NCBI GenBank assembly: GCA_963977445.1
Contig: CAXBPH010000003.1
Location: forward strand, 6,529 to 70,528
Reading direction: 5' to 3'
Source: an uncultured bacterium
Lineage (GTDB): Bacteria > Hydrogenedentota > Hydrogenedentia > Hydrogenedentales > JAEUWI01
Length of the DNA: 64,000 nucleotides
This document shows, piece by piece, positions 29,418-39,538 of the stretch. Each line of letters starts with the position of its first letter. The first letter of the stretch is position 1. Position numbers and translations under genes: made by a program. The notes under the pieces are model-generated. The model worked only from the letters and a program-made list of their open reading frames with translations, was not told the DNA's origin and searched no databases.

Positions 29418-30836
29418 TTACGGCATGGCACACCCGGTTACAACCGTTCCACTGCCGCCACCACCACCTGTTCCGCCTCCGCCCCCACCACCTTCACCCT
29501 CTCCTTCGCCTTCTCCCTCCCCTTCACCTTCACCACCGGTGGCCGAGCCGGGATTCAGGTTAACAAAGGGGGCCAGGGCCATACCCGCCGGAATTTTGAA
29601 GATAGGATCATTGAAATCTGCGCCGAAGACCGCCGAGGCGTCTTCGCCAAACCAGTCCGCAATTACATTGGAATAAATGGCCCGAAAGTCGACTTTGTGG
29701 TTCAGGTTTCCCCGAATCAAATTATCCGGGTTGAGATTGGGCTGTCCACCGTAGACACCTCCATTGACCCCGCCACCGAAAGCCATGAGACAGTTGGCAC
29801 CACCATGGTCGGTACCGGCACTGCCATTTTCCTCGACGCGACGTCCAAACTCGCTGAAGGTAAGTACGAGCACCTTGTCCAGGTTGCCCGTGGCATCCAT
29901 ATCACCGAGAAATGCGTTCATGGAACCGTTGAATTCGCTCATCAGGTTACCATGGTCCCGACTCTGCCCGGCGTGGGTGTCATAGCCACCCTGACTGCAA
30001 TAATAAACTTTCGTTTCCCGACCGGAGCGAATTAACTTGGAAATATTGCGCAATCCCTGCCCGAAACGACCGTTGGGGTACGAGCGCAAATCCTGGGTGT
30101 TGCTGGCTTCGTCAAACTCGGCCACCGTCGCCTCCGCCACATTCTCCACCCGCTGGATGTAGTCCAGGTCATTGTTGGGCACATTGAGGCGGTTCAGGGC
30201 CGTCAGATACTTTGCCCGCAAGTCCGTTCCCGCACGCAGGCTGAAATCATCCAGGTTGCTCACGCGGGCCGGGAGGTAGTTTTCACTTCCACTCAGTGCA
30301 TCGGGCAGCTGACTGGTGTTAAGGGCCAATATAGAGAGGGCGGGAATATCTTCCGGGGCAACACCCGCGCAAGCGTTGTCGAAGAATCGCATAATCCAGC
30401 CCTTATCACCAGGCTGAACGGCGCTGCCCGGTGACGCACCGAATTCAAAGTAGTCGGTAGAAAGGAAGTGAGACAGGTTGGGGTTGGGGTAACCCACATT
30501 CTGCAGCAGGGCCATATAGCCTTCGTCATACCAGCGCTTCAAATCGCCCAACTGGGGGTGGAGGGCGTTGAGGTTATCCCCAAGTTCGTGGTAACCGGAG
30601 CGCTGGGCCAGCACCGGGCGGGCATTATAATACCGGTCATCCGCATAGGGAATGACTGTATTCAGGCCGTCATTCCCGCCGCCCATTTGAACAATGACCA
30701 GAATGCGATCATCGAATTGCGTTGCCGAAAGGCCATGGGCCGATTTGGCGACCCAGGCAGGAACCGCCGCCGAAGCACTCAAATAGGCAAAACCACCCAA
30801 ACCCGCTTTTATAAAATCACGTCGCGTAAGTTTCAT
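29418..30836 (-). CDS. DUF1501 protein, TAT signal, with an unusual C-terminal Gly/Glu low-complexity tail
   Basis: MKLTRRDFIKAGLGG TAT signal. The C-terminus ends ...GEGEGEGEGEGEGGGGGGGTGGGGGSGTVVTGCAMP. Confidence 0.8.
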   Translation of the reverse strand: MKLTRRDFIKAGLGGFAYLSASAAVPAWVAKSAHGLSATQFDDRILVIVQMGGGNDGLNTVIPYADDRYYNARPVLAQRSGYHELGDNLNALHPQLGDLKRWYDEGYMALLQNVGYPNPNLSHFLSTDYFEFGASPGSAVQPGDKGWIMRFFDNACAGVAPEDIPALSILALNTSQLPDALSGSENYLPARVSNLDDFSLRAGTDLRAKYLTALNRLNVPNNDLDYIQRVENVAEATVAEFDEASNTQDLRSYPNGRFGQGLRNISKLIRSGRETKVYYCSQGGYDTHAGQSRDHGNLMSEFNGSMNAFLGDMDATGNLDKVLVLTFSEFGRRVEENGSAGTDHGGANCLMAFGGGVNGGVYGGQPNLNPDNLIRGNLNHKVDFRAIYSNVIADWFGEDASAVFGADFNDPIFKIPAGMALAPFVNLNPGSATGGEGEGEGEGEGEGEGGGGGGGTGGGGGSGTVVTGCAMP

Positions 30837-30891
30837 AGTTCGTTCCTCCGTCCAATCCCATCGGCAGTCGTCCAGGCCATCATTGCCATCT

Positions 30892-32589
30892 TCACTTCAT
30901 TTGCCACATGGGCAAGGACATCAGCAGGAAGATGAGGCCGCGCACCTGACGTCTGAATCGCCGATCTTTATTGTTTTCATCCGCAGCCACTTCATTCATA
31001 TATTTGTCCAATTGACTGAGAGAACCGGGGGCCCAGACTTCGATGTCATCTTGAATAATGACCGTCACGAAATAATCAACAATGCCACGGTGAACGCTCG
31101 GATCGATAAACCCACCATTCAGGATCTTGAGATCGTCGATGTCCTGATCGCTCAGACCCCAGCCATCCTGGTTGCGCACAATCCGTTCCAGGAAGTAATA
31201 GCGGGTCAGCAGGTATTCGGCATTGATCCACGGCCGTCCCTGGCGCCAGCCCGAGACATCCGGCGGATTGAACAACTGCATGCCCATGCCACGCATAAGG
31301 TTTATGGGCGCGTCGCCATAGATTCCGCGATTGTAATCAAAATCTTCCGGCGCGATGCCGATGGCCGCCTGGCTGAGCCGCAGGGCAGATACGCAAAAGT
31401 CGGCAGGACTTTTCGTGATGGAGAAATAATTGTCCACATCATAAAAACACTGGGACGTAAAAACCTTACGCAGGCAGGCCCGAAGGTCGTAAGGATAGCG
31501 ACGTAGGGGGTATTCGGCGTCATCGCTGCCACGCATGTAGTCGGCCAGTTCCAGGACCGCTTGGTCGGGTGGGTCAAGGCTGATGTTCTGATTCAGAAAC
31601 CACCGCAACAGTTTCCACGACATGTAAACCGCTGCTGCAGGCAAGTCATTGTAGGGTGCCGCGAGACCACTCACATCGGGCTGTACGCTTCGCTTGCTAA
31701 GTATGAGATCGATTATTTGAATCAGCTCGCCACCGTCGTCAGCTTCCGTAACAACCTGACCAAACACGGTCTTATTTCCCGTTACGTGATTGCCACTGCG
31801 GAAACGGTGGTCGAAGGCATCGTTTGAGCCGTCATCGCGAAAACCATCGAGGGTCTCTCCCGTAATGCTCTTGGCAATTTCCCGAACGTCCTCTTCGCTG
31901 TAGTTATTGACGCCCATGGAAAACAGTTCCATGACTTCCCGCGCATAGTTTTCCTGGGCACGCCCATCCCCGGCACCATTAATCCAGTTGTCGAGATAGA
32001 GCAACATGGCCGCATTGCGAGAGACTTCCCGAAGTGTGTCGCTGAAGCGTTCCAGGCCTATTTCCCGAAACAGACGATTTTGCACCAGCAATTGTTCGCA
32101 GGTCGCCGCGCGACGATCAATGCTCCGTTGGTAATCACCGATAATCTGCTCTACCTTGGGAAACTCCGAGACAAAGTGGTCCTGAAAGAATAGACCGATT
32201 TGCTCTTGGAAAGGCTGGCTGGAATAGAAGAGCCGATAGAAGAGGTGCGCCTCCAGGCGGCGATCAGAGCGGGGACGTTTGGTCTGGCCCTCATTCGTGT
32301 CGTTGTCGTTAATTTCATCGATGAGGTCGTCGGGAAGACCGGCAATGGGTCCACCCCACGGACCGGGGCCCGACGGCCCATCCAGGTTGGGGTCTTCTGG
32401 CAACACATCAACCAGCCCATCGACGGCATCGAGCATCGCCTGGACGCTTCCATCGCCCACGGCGGTTTCGAGTTCTGCGGGCGTACCGCCAAAGGCAGCG
32501 CGGCGCCAGAGGTGGGCCGCCTCCATCGTTGACCACGTTCCGTTATATTCATCGAGTAACGCCATGGCAAAACTCCCCTCCTGGTCCAT
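30892..32589 (-). CDS. DUF1800 protein (partner of the adjacent DUF1501)
   Basis: LLYLDNWINGAG...ENYAREVMELFSMG is the DUF1800 core. The DUF1800-DUF1501 gene order is conserved. Confidence 0.75.
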   Translation of the reverse strand: MDQEGSFAMALLDEYNGTWSTMEAAHLWRRAAFGGTPAELETAVGDGSVQAMLDAVDGLVDVLPEDPNLDGPSGPGPWGGPIAGLPDDLIDEINDNDTNEGQTKRPRSDRRLEAHLFYRLFYSSQPFQEQIGLFFQDHFVSEFPKVEQIIGDYQRSIDRRAATCEQLLVQNRLFREIGLERFSDTLREVSRNAAMLLYLDNWINGAGDGRAQENYAREVMELFSMGVNNYSEEDVREIAKSITGETLDGFRDDGSNDAFDHRFRSGNHVTGNKTVFGQVVTEADDGGELIQIIDLILSKRSVQPDVSGLAAPYNDLPAAAVYMSWKLLRWFLNQNISLDPPDQAVLELADYMRGSDDAEYPLRRYPYDLRACLRKVFTSQCFYDVDNYFSITKSPADFCVSALRLSQAAIGIAPEDFDYNRGIYGDAPINLMRGMGMQLFNPPDVSGWRQGRPWINAEYLLTRYYFLERIVRNQDGWGLSDQDIDDLKILNGGFIDPSVHRGIVDYFVTVIIQDDIEVWAPGSLSQLDKYMNEVAADENNKDRRFRRQVRGLIFLLMSLPMWQMK

Positions 32590-32870
32590 CTTGAATAAAA
32601 AGTACTTCCGGAACCCTGCGTTCAGTCCAGGGAACCTTCACGGAAATGCGGGATAATCAGTTGACATCCATAAGTAATCATAAGGGTAAACGGGAAAAAG
32701 TCAATCCATGAATACTGCGCTATTCGATTTAAACGGTGCGGCACGTGACCCGCGCGGGTGACGGAATACTGTCGATGGAAGTATAAGTCGTTGAACGGGT
32801 TGCGGTTGTCCCGCTGTCAAATTTCTGCCAGCTTGCACCATGGCGTCGTAAAAAACAGGGGGAAATTCGA

Positions 32871-34508
32871 CTATAACCGGGAAATTCGCACGTCGTGAAA
32901 ATAGTGCTGTAAAATGGCGTCGTAACCTTGGTTGGCCTGGGCCATCCCACAGGCACCCTGTTGGCAAAGTCCCACCCCATGCCCCCGACCGGCACCGCGC
33001 ACCCGAATCACACTATTTTTACGATCGACGTCAATGGTGCACAGGGCACTGGGGAGATTGTCGAAGGCGCGGCGAATATTCAGTTCTTTCCGCACGACCT
33101 CGCTTTTCCGCGAGCCGACCAGTCGAATTTCTTTCAATCGCCCACTCACGCCGCGCTCCATCATCTCGACCCGTTGAAGCGTTCCAATGCCATACTGGTT
33201 GTTCAGTTGCTTGGATACGGAGGCAAGTGACAGGGACCGGTTCCACCGAAAGTATTCCTTGTCGTGGGAACAGTAGGACGCGGGATTGTCTCGAATCCAG
33301 GACTCGACCGATCCGTTGCCCTGAAGTCGCTCGCCCCCAACCTGGTCGCTGTGACCCCGCAACGCGGCCGCCGGCGCACCATCCCAGACATTCTCATTGT
33401 GCTCGGTCCAGCCGCCGCAGTTGGCAGAGAACACGGTCGGTACAATGGCATTCTCGCGGTCCACAAGCACTTGATCGGTGGTCTCATGGACAGCCTCATC
33501 GGTGCGCGCATGATGCCCTTCTTCTCCCGAAAAAGCCCGACAGTGTTGTTCGATACAAAAATCAAAACCCTCAAAAAAATGCTTTCCACCAGCGTGGGCA
33601 ATGATTTCGCTTCGCGCGGCCACCGCCTGGGCCTTGAGGGCTTCGAGGGGCCAGTCCGGATACATTTCTGCAGGTAGAATTCCCTGGAGATAGCTTTCCA
33701 GCGGGAGCGACCCACAGACCGACAGATTGCCCTTGGTATTCAGTTCAAACTCAATTGGAGCCGTTGTGCGCAAGGGCGGCTTACCGGATCGGGCCCCTTC
33801 CAGGGAAACAGGACCTGCCGACCGAATCCGCGCCGGCGAGGGCGAGACCAACTGGGTCGTGCCACTGGCATCGATGAAGGACAGTTTTCCTTCGGCAGGC
33901 GAGCGGACTTCGGGACGGATCCAGGCCCAAATTTTTTCGTTTTGTAGCGTACCCTTTAAGGCAAGGGCATCCCGCTCTGTAGGACAGCGGTCTATACCGA
34001 GCCAGTACTTCCGGCCATCGTAGACGGTGCCATCGGATGCGGTAATCGCCCGCCCCATGGTCGTCACAAAAGTCGCATAGCCTTCCCCACGCCACTGTTC
34101 CCGCTCCTCGGCAAGGAGTTTGGTTTCATGGTGTTCGAAGGCCTTTACATATACGGAATAGGCAATCGTTGCCGGGCGGCTTTGCTGGAAGCTGACCTTC
34201 CAGTCTCCCTCGGGCAATCGTTTCAGCCCCGCATCGGGCGTGGTCACGACCAAACTCTCCGAAGCGTGGAAGCGTTGTGGCGTAATGGTTTCCAGGTATT
34301 GCAATCGCACCAGAAAGGGCTCGTTCGGAGACGTGCGTTCAATGCGTGTAGCCTCTATCGGCTGCGATTCATCCACGGGCATCGGCGCAGACGTGGGTGT
34401 ACCCACGGGTGCCACTCCTGTCGATGTTGTGTGGGTACATCCGGGTACCAGCAACAGCAGTAGCCCAACAAAGACCGGGCACCAGACCCGCGTAGATAGA
34501 CCAATCAT
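32871..34508 (-). CDS. SpoIID/LytB domain lipoprotein (putative amidase enhancer)
   Basis: Lipoprotein-like N-terminus (LLLLVPGC). C-terminal GAGRGHGVGLCQQGACGMAQ...YDAILQHYFHDV is the SpoIID/LytB motif. Confidence 0.75.
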   Translation of the reverse strand: MIGLSTRVWCPVFVGLLLLLVPGCTHTTSTGVAPVGTPTSAPMPVDESQPIEATRIERTSPNEPFLVRLQYLETITPQRFHASESLVVTTPDAGLKRLPEGDWKVSFQQSRPATIAYSVYVKAFEHHETKLLAEEREQWRGEGYATFVTTMGRAITASDGTVYDGRKYWLGIDRCPTERDALALKGTLQNEKIWAWIRPEVRSPAEGKLSFIDASGTTQLVSPSPARIRSAGPVSLEGARSGKPPLRTTAPIEFELNTKGNLSVCGSLPLESYLQGILPAEMYPDWPLEALKAQAVAARSEIIAHAGGKHFFEGFDFCIEQHCRAFSGEEGHHARTDEAVHETTDQVLVDRENAIVPTVFSANCGGWTEHNENVWDGAPAAALRGHSDQVGGERLQGNGSVESWIRDNPASYCSHDKEYFRWNRSLSLASVSKQLNNQYGIGTLQRVEMMERGVSGRLKEIRLVGSRKSEVVRKELNIRRAFDNLPSALCTIDVDRKNSVIRVRGAGRGHGVGLCQQGACGMAQANQGYDAILQHYFHDVRISRL

Positions 34509-36325
34509 GGTGTAGCGCTTTCCTTAATCATTTCGTCTAACCGACCTTCGGATTTTTGATAGCGTTGACGAGCCACAGAGGCGTCCACGGCATGCCAGGC
34601 CATGATCAACGCAATGGGTATGTCATACTTCGCATCTTCCAGAAGCTTCGCACTGCGGGCTTCAGACACGTCGGCGAGGGCCGCGACCATGCGGACCGCC
34701 CGGGCACGAAGTTTTATATTGGAGGCCCTCATCTTGACCATGCAACCGGCATACACGTACCCCGATTGGGCCATCGCGCCCGTCGTGATAATATTCAGGG
34801 CGACCTTGGTGGCCGTACCCGCATTCAGCCGCGTCGAACCCGGTAGCACCTCCGGGCCGGTGGCCAAGGCAATTACATGGTCGACTGGGTGCCCGGCCAT
34901 CTGTGGGTTGCAACACAGCAATACCGTCGTGCAGCCAAGTTTCCGACCATGATCCAGCGCTGCGAGGACATAGGGTGTCGTCCCCGATGCGGCAATCCCG
35001 ATAAGGATATCCTGTGTTTCGGGGGACTGGGCCTGAAGGTCAGCCACGCCCTGAACCTCGTCGTCTTCGGCACCTTCTACGGCGTCCCGCAGGGCCCGCT
35101 CGCCGCCCGCAATAATGCCCACCACCTGGCTGGGGTCCGTGCCGAAGGTTGGCGGACACTCGGAGGCATCCAACACCCCCAAACGCCCACTGGTGCCTGC
35201 GCCCATATAAAGAATACGTCCACCCGCACGGAGAGCCGCACCGGCCTTGTCCACGACCTTCGTGAGCGCACCGTGTTGCTGCTGCAACGACCGCACGACG
35301 TGGCGCTGGTGGTCTACCATGGACGTCACAAAGGTGGCCGTATCGACCTGGTCTATGGGCGCCACATTTTCGCTTTGCCCTTCCGTAGAAGAAAGGGTGG
35401 GACTATCCACACCAATCTCATGGCACCAGGGGGCTGCCCCGTTCACGCCACGAAGGGATAGCACGGCCTCGTGGCCCCGCACGCGTAGTGCTTCATGGGT
35501 CAGGCGCGGTGTGCCGCTGAGATAATCGAAATAATAACGTCGAAACAATTCACTGTGTTCAATTACCCCCCCCTGGACAAACAGGGGAATGGTGCCGTCC
35601 CCGGCGATGGTGCCTGCCGCTGCTGCCGTCAATCGGGCATGGAGGCGCGCCTGGGTCTGAACGCATTCAAGGGCAACTCGGTCGCCCCCCTCGGCTGCCT
35701 CCGACACGACGGAGGCGAGGGCCGCCACAGACTGCTTGGTGGCCGCCAGGGACCACGGCACGAGGGCTGCCGCATCGGCCAATCCAAGCGCTTCGGGCAC
35801 GCCATGCTGCAGGGACGTGGGCGGTGCAATGCCATCTTCCCCATGGGCAATGGCCTGCAAGGCGGCGCAGCCCAGTTTGTAACCACTGCCGTCATCACCC
35901 ATAACCTGACCACGCCCACCAAAGCGACGAAAGCCGCCCTGTCCGTCATGAACCAGTATGGAGCTGCCCGTGCCCGCAATGGCGAGGATGCCGGGGCGGT
36001 CGGGAACATGGGCGTAGAGTAGTGGGTGCAAGTCGGTCGTGATCGATGCATGACGTAATCCCGGCAGGGTCGTGAGTTGCCCAACCATATCCCGCGCAAG
36101 TTCCTCCGACATCATGCCGGCAATACCGGCGAGGAGCGTGTAGGCTTCCACCCCGGGCGTGACCAGGCGAGTGGCCAATTCACTGATGACGCCGGCCGCA
36201 GCCGCGGTTCCATAGGCCAACGGATTGGAAGGTCCCGCCGTCGCTTCGGCAAGAAGCGTCGTGTCGTCATAGAAGCCACCCACGGTGCGGGTTCCGCCAC
36301 CTTCTATCGCAAGGTAAAAGGCCAT
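34505..36325 (-). CDS. murQ: Fusion of a BadF/BadG/BcrA/BcrD-type sugar kinase (GlcNAc/MurNAc kinase-like) with N-acetylmuramic acid 6-phosphate etherase MurQ (SIS domain)
   Basis: N-terminal MAFYLAIEGGGTRT ATPase motif. C-terminal half has ILYMGAGTSGRLGVLDASECPPTFG (SIS/MurQ). ORF track starts at 36535; the ATG at 36325 overlaps the GH1 stop (TGATG). Confidence 0.75.
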   Translation of the reverse strand: MAFYLAIEGGGTRTVGGFYDDTTLLAEATAGPSNPLAYGTAAAAGVISELATRLVTPGVEAYTLLAGIAGMMSEELARDMVGQLTTLPGLRHASITTDLHPLLYAHVPDRPGILAIAGTGSSILVHDGQGGFRRFGGRGQVMGDDGSGYKLGCAALQAIAHGEDGIAPPTSLQHGVPEALGLADAAALVPWSLAATKQSVAALASVVSEAAEGGDRVALECVQTQARLHARLTAAAAGTIAGDGTIPLFVQGGVIEHSELFRRYYFDYLSGTPRLTHEALRVRGHEAVLSLRGVNGAAPWCHEIGVDSPTLSSTEGQSENVAPIDQVDTATFVTSMVDHQRHVVRSLQQQHGALTKVVDKAGAALRAGGRILYMGAGTSGRLGVLDASECPPTFGTDPSQVVGIIAGGERALRDAVEGAEDDEVQGVADLQAQSPETQDILIGIAASGTTPYVLAALDHGRKLGCTTVLLCCNPQMAGHPVDHVIALATGPEVLPGSTRLNAGTATKVALNIITTGAMAQSGYVYAGCMVKMRASNIKLRARAVRMVAALADVSEARSAKLLEDAKYDIPIALIMAWHAVDASVARQRYQKSEGRLDEMIKESATP

Positions 36326-37629
36326 CAGATAACTTCCCGAGCGGTAGTTTGCCAACCCGCCGCAAAACGGGACACGGCGCCTGGATGTATCACACCCGTC
36401 CGAATAATATCCTGATAGAGAAAAGCACTCGGATTGGGTGTGCGCGTGAGGCTCTTCCAATCCACGTGGACCAGGCCATAGCGTTGCTGGTAACCCTGTT
36501 CCCAGGCAAAGCCATCCAGAAGGGCGTTGTAGCAAAATCCAAGCACCTTCACCCCCGTATCACGGAGATGGAGGGTTCGTTCGACATGGTCGAGCAAATG
36601 GTGACATCGCAGCCCGTCGTCTTCTGTGGCCACACCGATGCCGGTCATCAACAATGGTACCTTCCACGGGGCCAGGTGCGATGCCATTTCCTCCAGCGTA
36701 TCGCTATCGGGTTCCGCCTGATCGGGAGCACAGGCCACACCCTGAGCGTTCGCATATTGGACAAACCCGTTGCGCGGCCGCAGAAGCGCCCCATGGACCT
36801 GAAGTTGGCCGGGGCTGGAAAGAGCGATAAAGGAAAATGGGGGTGCATCCCGGTCCGTACCACACAAGGTGTCGGGGTACGTTTCAAGAAACCACTTGGA
36901 TTGCTTTTGCTCAAGGCGCTTGTCCCAGGGACTGTGAATATCCCGCGAGACAATGCGGGGTGCATAAATTGAGGCACCAATCTGGTTACGCTGATCTACT
37001 TCCCGCAAAAACGTCGCGACCTCACGATGGGCAGCGGCCATGCCTTTGATGGCCCGTGAGGCACGTCGGGCTTGCTCGGGTTTGGGCCAGCATCCTTCGC
37101 CGTAGGCCATGGCAATCCAGCGCATGGGCTCCAAATGGGGAATCCACCACTGGCACGTGGATCCCAGGGCGTCATAGAGTCGTTTCACATAGGCCAGGAA
37201 GTGGTCGGGACCATCGGGATGCTCCCAGCCGCCCCGTTTGCTGAACCAGGCAGGCAGCGTGCATTCCTGCAATACGCAGACAGGCGTCATGCCCTGCCGG
37301 GTCATCGCACGAAACACAGAAGCGTAGTGGGCCAAGGCGGCCGTATCAAACTCGCCGGGCTCGGGCTCAACACGGGCCCAGGAAACGCCGTATTGAAGGG
37401 CATTGAGCCCGATCTTCTTGGCAAGTTCCAAATCGGTCTTGTAGCGCTTCAGGTGGTCGGCGGCCACTTCCGACGTTCCACCGCCCCGGATATGGGCAGG
37501 TCGTTGCTCCCACCGCCACCAGTCGGCGTGAAAATCGGTGCCTTCCACCGCGTGGGCGCTCACCGTGGCACCCCACAGAAAGGTATTTTCGACGTCAACC
37601 ACAGTATCTCCGACCAGACATAGGAACAC
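36325..37629 (-). CDS. Glycoside hydrolase family 1 (beta-glucosidase / 6-phospho-beta-glycosidase-like)
   Basis: FLWGATVSAHAVEG and C-terminal ALLDGFAWEQGYQQRYGLVHVDW are GH1 signatures. Confidence 0.7.
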   Translation of the reverse strand: MFLCLVGDTVVDVENTFLWGATVSAHAVEGTDFHADWWRWEQRPAHIRGGGTSEVAADHLKRYKTDLELAKKIGLNALQYGVSWARVEPEPGEFDTAALAHYASVFRAMTRQGMTPVCVLQECTLPAWFSKRGGWEHPDGPDHFLAYVKRLYDALGSTCQWWIPHLEPMRWIAMAYGEGCWPKPEQARRASRAIKGMAAAHREVATFLREVDQRNQIGASIYAPRIVSRDIHSPWDKRLEQKQSKWFLETYPDTLCGTDRDAPPFSFIALSSPGQLQVHGALLRPRNGFVQYANAQGVACAPDQAEPDSDTLEEMASHLAPWKVPLLMTGIGVATEDDGLRCHHLLDHVERTLHLRDTGVKVLGFCYNALLDGFAWEQGYQQRYGLVHVDWKSLTRTPNPSAFLYQDIIRTGVIHPGAVSRFAAGWQTTAREVI

Positions 37630-37711
37630 TACACACCATATTGTATAGGCTCATTGTAACGTACAGAGATACGCCCCGTGCAAAAAACTGAATAACCCAA
37701 AAAAAATAAAC

Positions 37712-37739
37712 GGAGAAGTGCGCATTGACGCACTTCTCC
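37712..37739 (-). terminator. Rho-independent terminator of fdxA
   Basis: Perfect 11-bp stem GGAGAAGTGCG / CGCACTTCTCC with a 6-nt loop. On the minus strand it is followed by a T-run (TTTATTTTTTTTGGG). Confidence 0.6.
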
Positions 37740-37763
37740 GCAGGAGACGATGTCTAAAAGCTA

Positions 37764-38105
37764 TCAGGCGCTTTCGCCGGGCTCCGGGCTGAATTCGCCC
37801 TTCTTATCTTCAACGTCTTTAAAATCGTCGGCGGAATCAAGGGGCTCTTTGCCCTCTTCGATTACGGGCCATTCCGCCGCATACTTGGCGTTGAGCTCGA
37901 TGTAGCCCTGCCACTTCTCCGGCACTTCGTCCTGGGAGAAGATGGCCGTCACGGGGCATTCATCAACACACACGCCACAATCGATGCACTCTTCCGGATC
38001 GATGGTAAGCATGTTTTCGCCTTCGTGAAAACAGGCAACGGGACATACATCCACACAATCGGTGTATTTGCATTTGATGCAGGGTTCGGTGACTACGAAT
38101 GCCAT
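37764..38105 (-). CDS. fdxA: 7Fe ferredoxin (FdxA type)
   Basis: [23 protein letters not shown]...[12 protein letters not shown]. The cysteine spacing matches the Azotobacter-type [3Fe-4S][4Fe-4S] ferredoxin. Confidence 0.85.
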   Translation of the reverse strand: MAFVVTEPCIKCKYTDCVDVCPVACFHEGENMLTIDPEECIDCGVCVDECPVTAIFSQDEVPEKWQGYIELNAKYAAEWPVIEEGKEPLDSADDFKDVEDKKGEFSPEPGESA

Positions 38106-38310
38106 GGGTCTAGCTCCTTTTTACGGTACCTTCGCACCGATACTATGTAGTACATCACTGTCGCACACCCGGTCGGTGTTTGACTCGTTGGGGATTCTAG
38201 CAATGGAGCAGGCGATCCGTCAACGGACGACGTATACACTTGTATACGCCCTATAACAATATCATGCGCACCCCACGAAGTGTCCAGACCGCTAAGGGTA
38301 GGCAATTCCG

Positions 38311-39435
38311 CTAGTTATGACCTTTTTCCGCGTCGGCATGAAATTTTTCTTGATTGGGATAGGTCTTGCCCTCGGCAAGATCGTCAAACTCTTTCAGCAA
38401 ATCTTTCTGCTTTCGGCTGAGTTTTACCGGTGTCTCCACAATCACGCGAACGATTTGATCCCCCTGGCGATAGCCGCGCAGGTCGGGCATACCCATGCCA
38501 CGCAGGCGAAGCTGCGTGCCCGTCTGGGACCCGGCAGGGATTTTCAATTCCGCTTCCCCTTCCAGGGTGGGCACGCGAATGGACGCGCCCAGCGTGGCCT
38601 GGCTCAAGGTAATCGGAACTTCACAGACAATCGTGGTGCCATCCCGCTCAAAGAGGGCATGCTCTGCAATATCGATGAAGATATACAGGTCGCCACGACG
38701 TCCGCCGCGGTGTCCTGCTTCGCCTTCACCCGTAACCCGAAGGCGGGATCCGGAATCGACACCCGCAGGCACATCGACCGAAAGCTCCCGGGCATTCTTG
38801 GTCTGGCCTTTACCGGCGCAGGTCGTGCACGGCTTGGAAATGGTCTTGCCCGCACCCTGACACTGGGGACAGGTGCGTGTGACGCTGAAAAAGCCGTGGG
38901 CAACCCGAACCTGACCCTGGCCCTGGCATTGGGAGCAGACTTCCGCTTTTGAACCGGGGGACGCGCCGGAACCGCTGCAGTCGCCACAATTTTCGCGTCG
39001 GTTATAGCGGATTTTCTTCTTGGTACCAAAAGCGGCATCTTCAAGGGTGATGCTGAGGCGCAATTCGAGGTCATTCCCCGCTTTGGCACCGCCGCTGCCA
39101 CCCCGTTTGCCGCCCTGCCCAAAAAGCATGTCGAAAAAGTCTTCGAAGGGCGCTTCAAAGCCCTGGCCGCCAGCACCAAAACCACCACCGCCGCCAAAAC
39201 CGCCACCCTGGGCGTCGGTACTGCCAAAACGATCATACTGGGCACGCTTTTCGGCATTCTTGAGAATATCGTAAGCCCCATTGATCTGCTTCAGCTTATC
39301 TTCCGCTTCTTTATCCCCACCCGTCTTATCGGGGTGATACTTGTGTGCCAGTTTCAGATAGGCTTTGCGAATTTGGTCTTGCGGGGCATCCCGGGGGACG
39401 CCTAACAATTCATACAGATCGATCGACTGTGCCAT
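38311..39435 (-). CDS. dnaJ: Chaperone DnaJ
   Basis: J-domain with HPD (KYHPDKT), a G/F-rich linker and four CxxCxGxG zinc-finger repeats. Start at MAQSIDLYELLGV. Confidence 0.9.
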   Translation of the reverse strand: MAQSIDLYELLGVPRDAPQDQIRKAYLKLAHKYHPDKTGGDKEAEDKLKQINGAYDILKNAEKRAQYDRFGSTDAQGGGFGGGGGFGAGGQGFEAPFEDFFDMLFGQGGKRGGSGGAKAGNDLELRLSITLEDAAFGTKKKIRYNRRENCGDCSGSGASPGSKAEVCSQCQGQGQVRVAHGFFSVTRTCPQCQGAGKTISKPCTTCAGKGQTKNARELSVDVPAGVDSGSRLRVTGEGEAGHRGGRRGDLYIFIDIAEHALFERDGTTIVCEVPITLSQATLGASIRVPTLEGEAELKIPAGSQTGTQLRLRGMGMPDLRGYRQGDQIVRVIVETPVKLSRKQKDLLKEFDDLAEGKTYPNQEKFHADAEKGHN

Positions 39436-39471
39436 TTGGTTCCGGCTCCATAGGGCGGTATGAGATAGTAT

Positions 39472-39503
39472 CCCCATGCCCCGGTAAAACCGGGGTCATG
39501 GGG
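39472..39503 (-). other. Intergenic hairpin between dnaK and dnaJ (CCCCATGCCCCGG-TAAAA-CCGGGGTCATGGGG)
   Basis: Inverted repeat seen directly. Possible intra-operon attenuator or processing site. Confidence 0.35.
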
Positions 39504-39538
39504 AGTGAAACTTTATTGTACTATAGGGATAGAGACGC

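Noticed and set aside
34602-35461. Plus-strand ORFs inside the kinase-MurQ fusion gene
   Set aside because: Antisense shadow frames.
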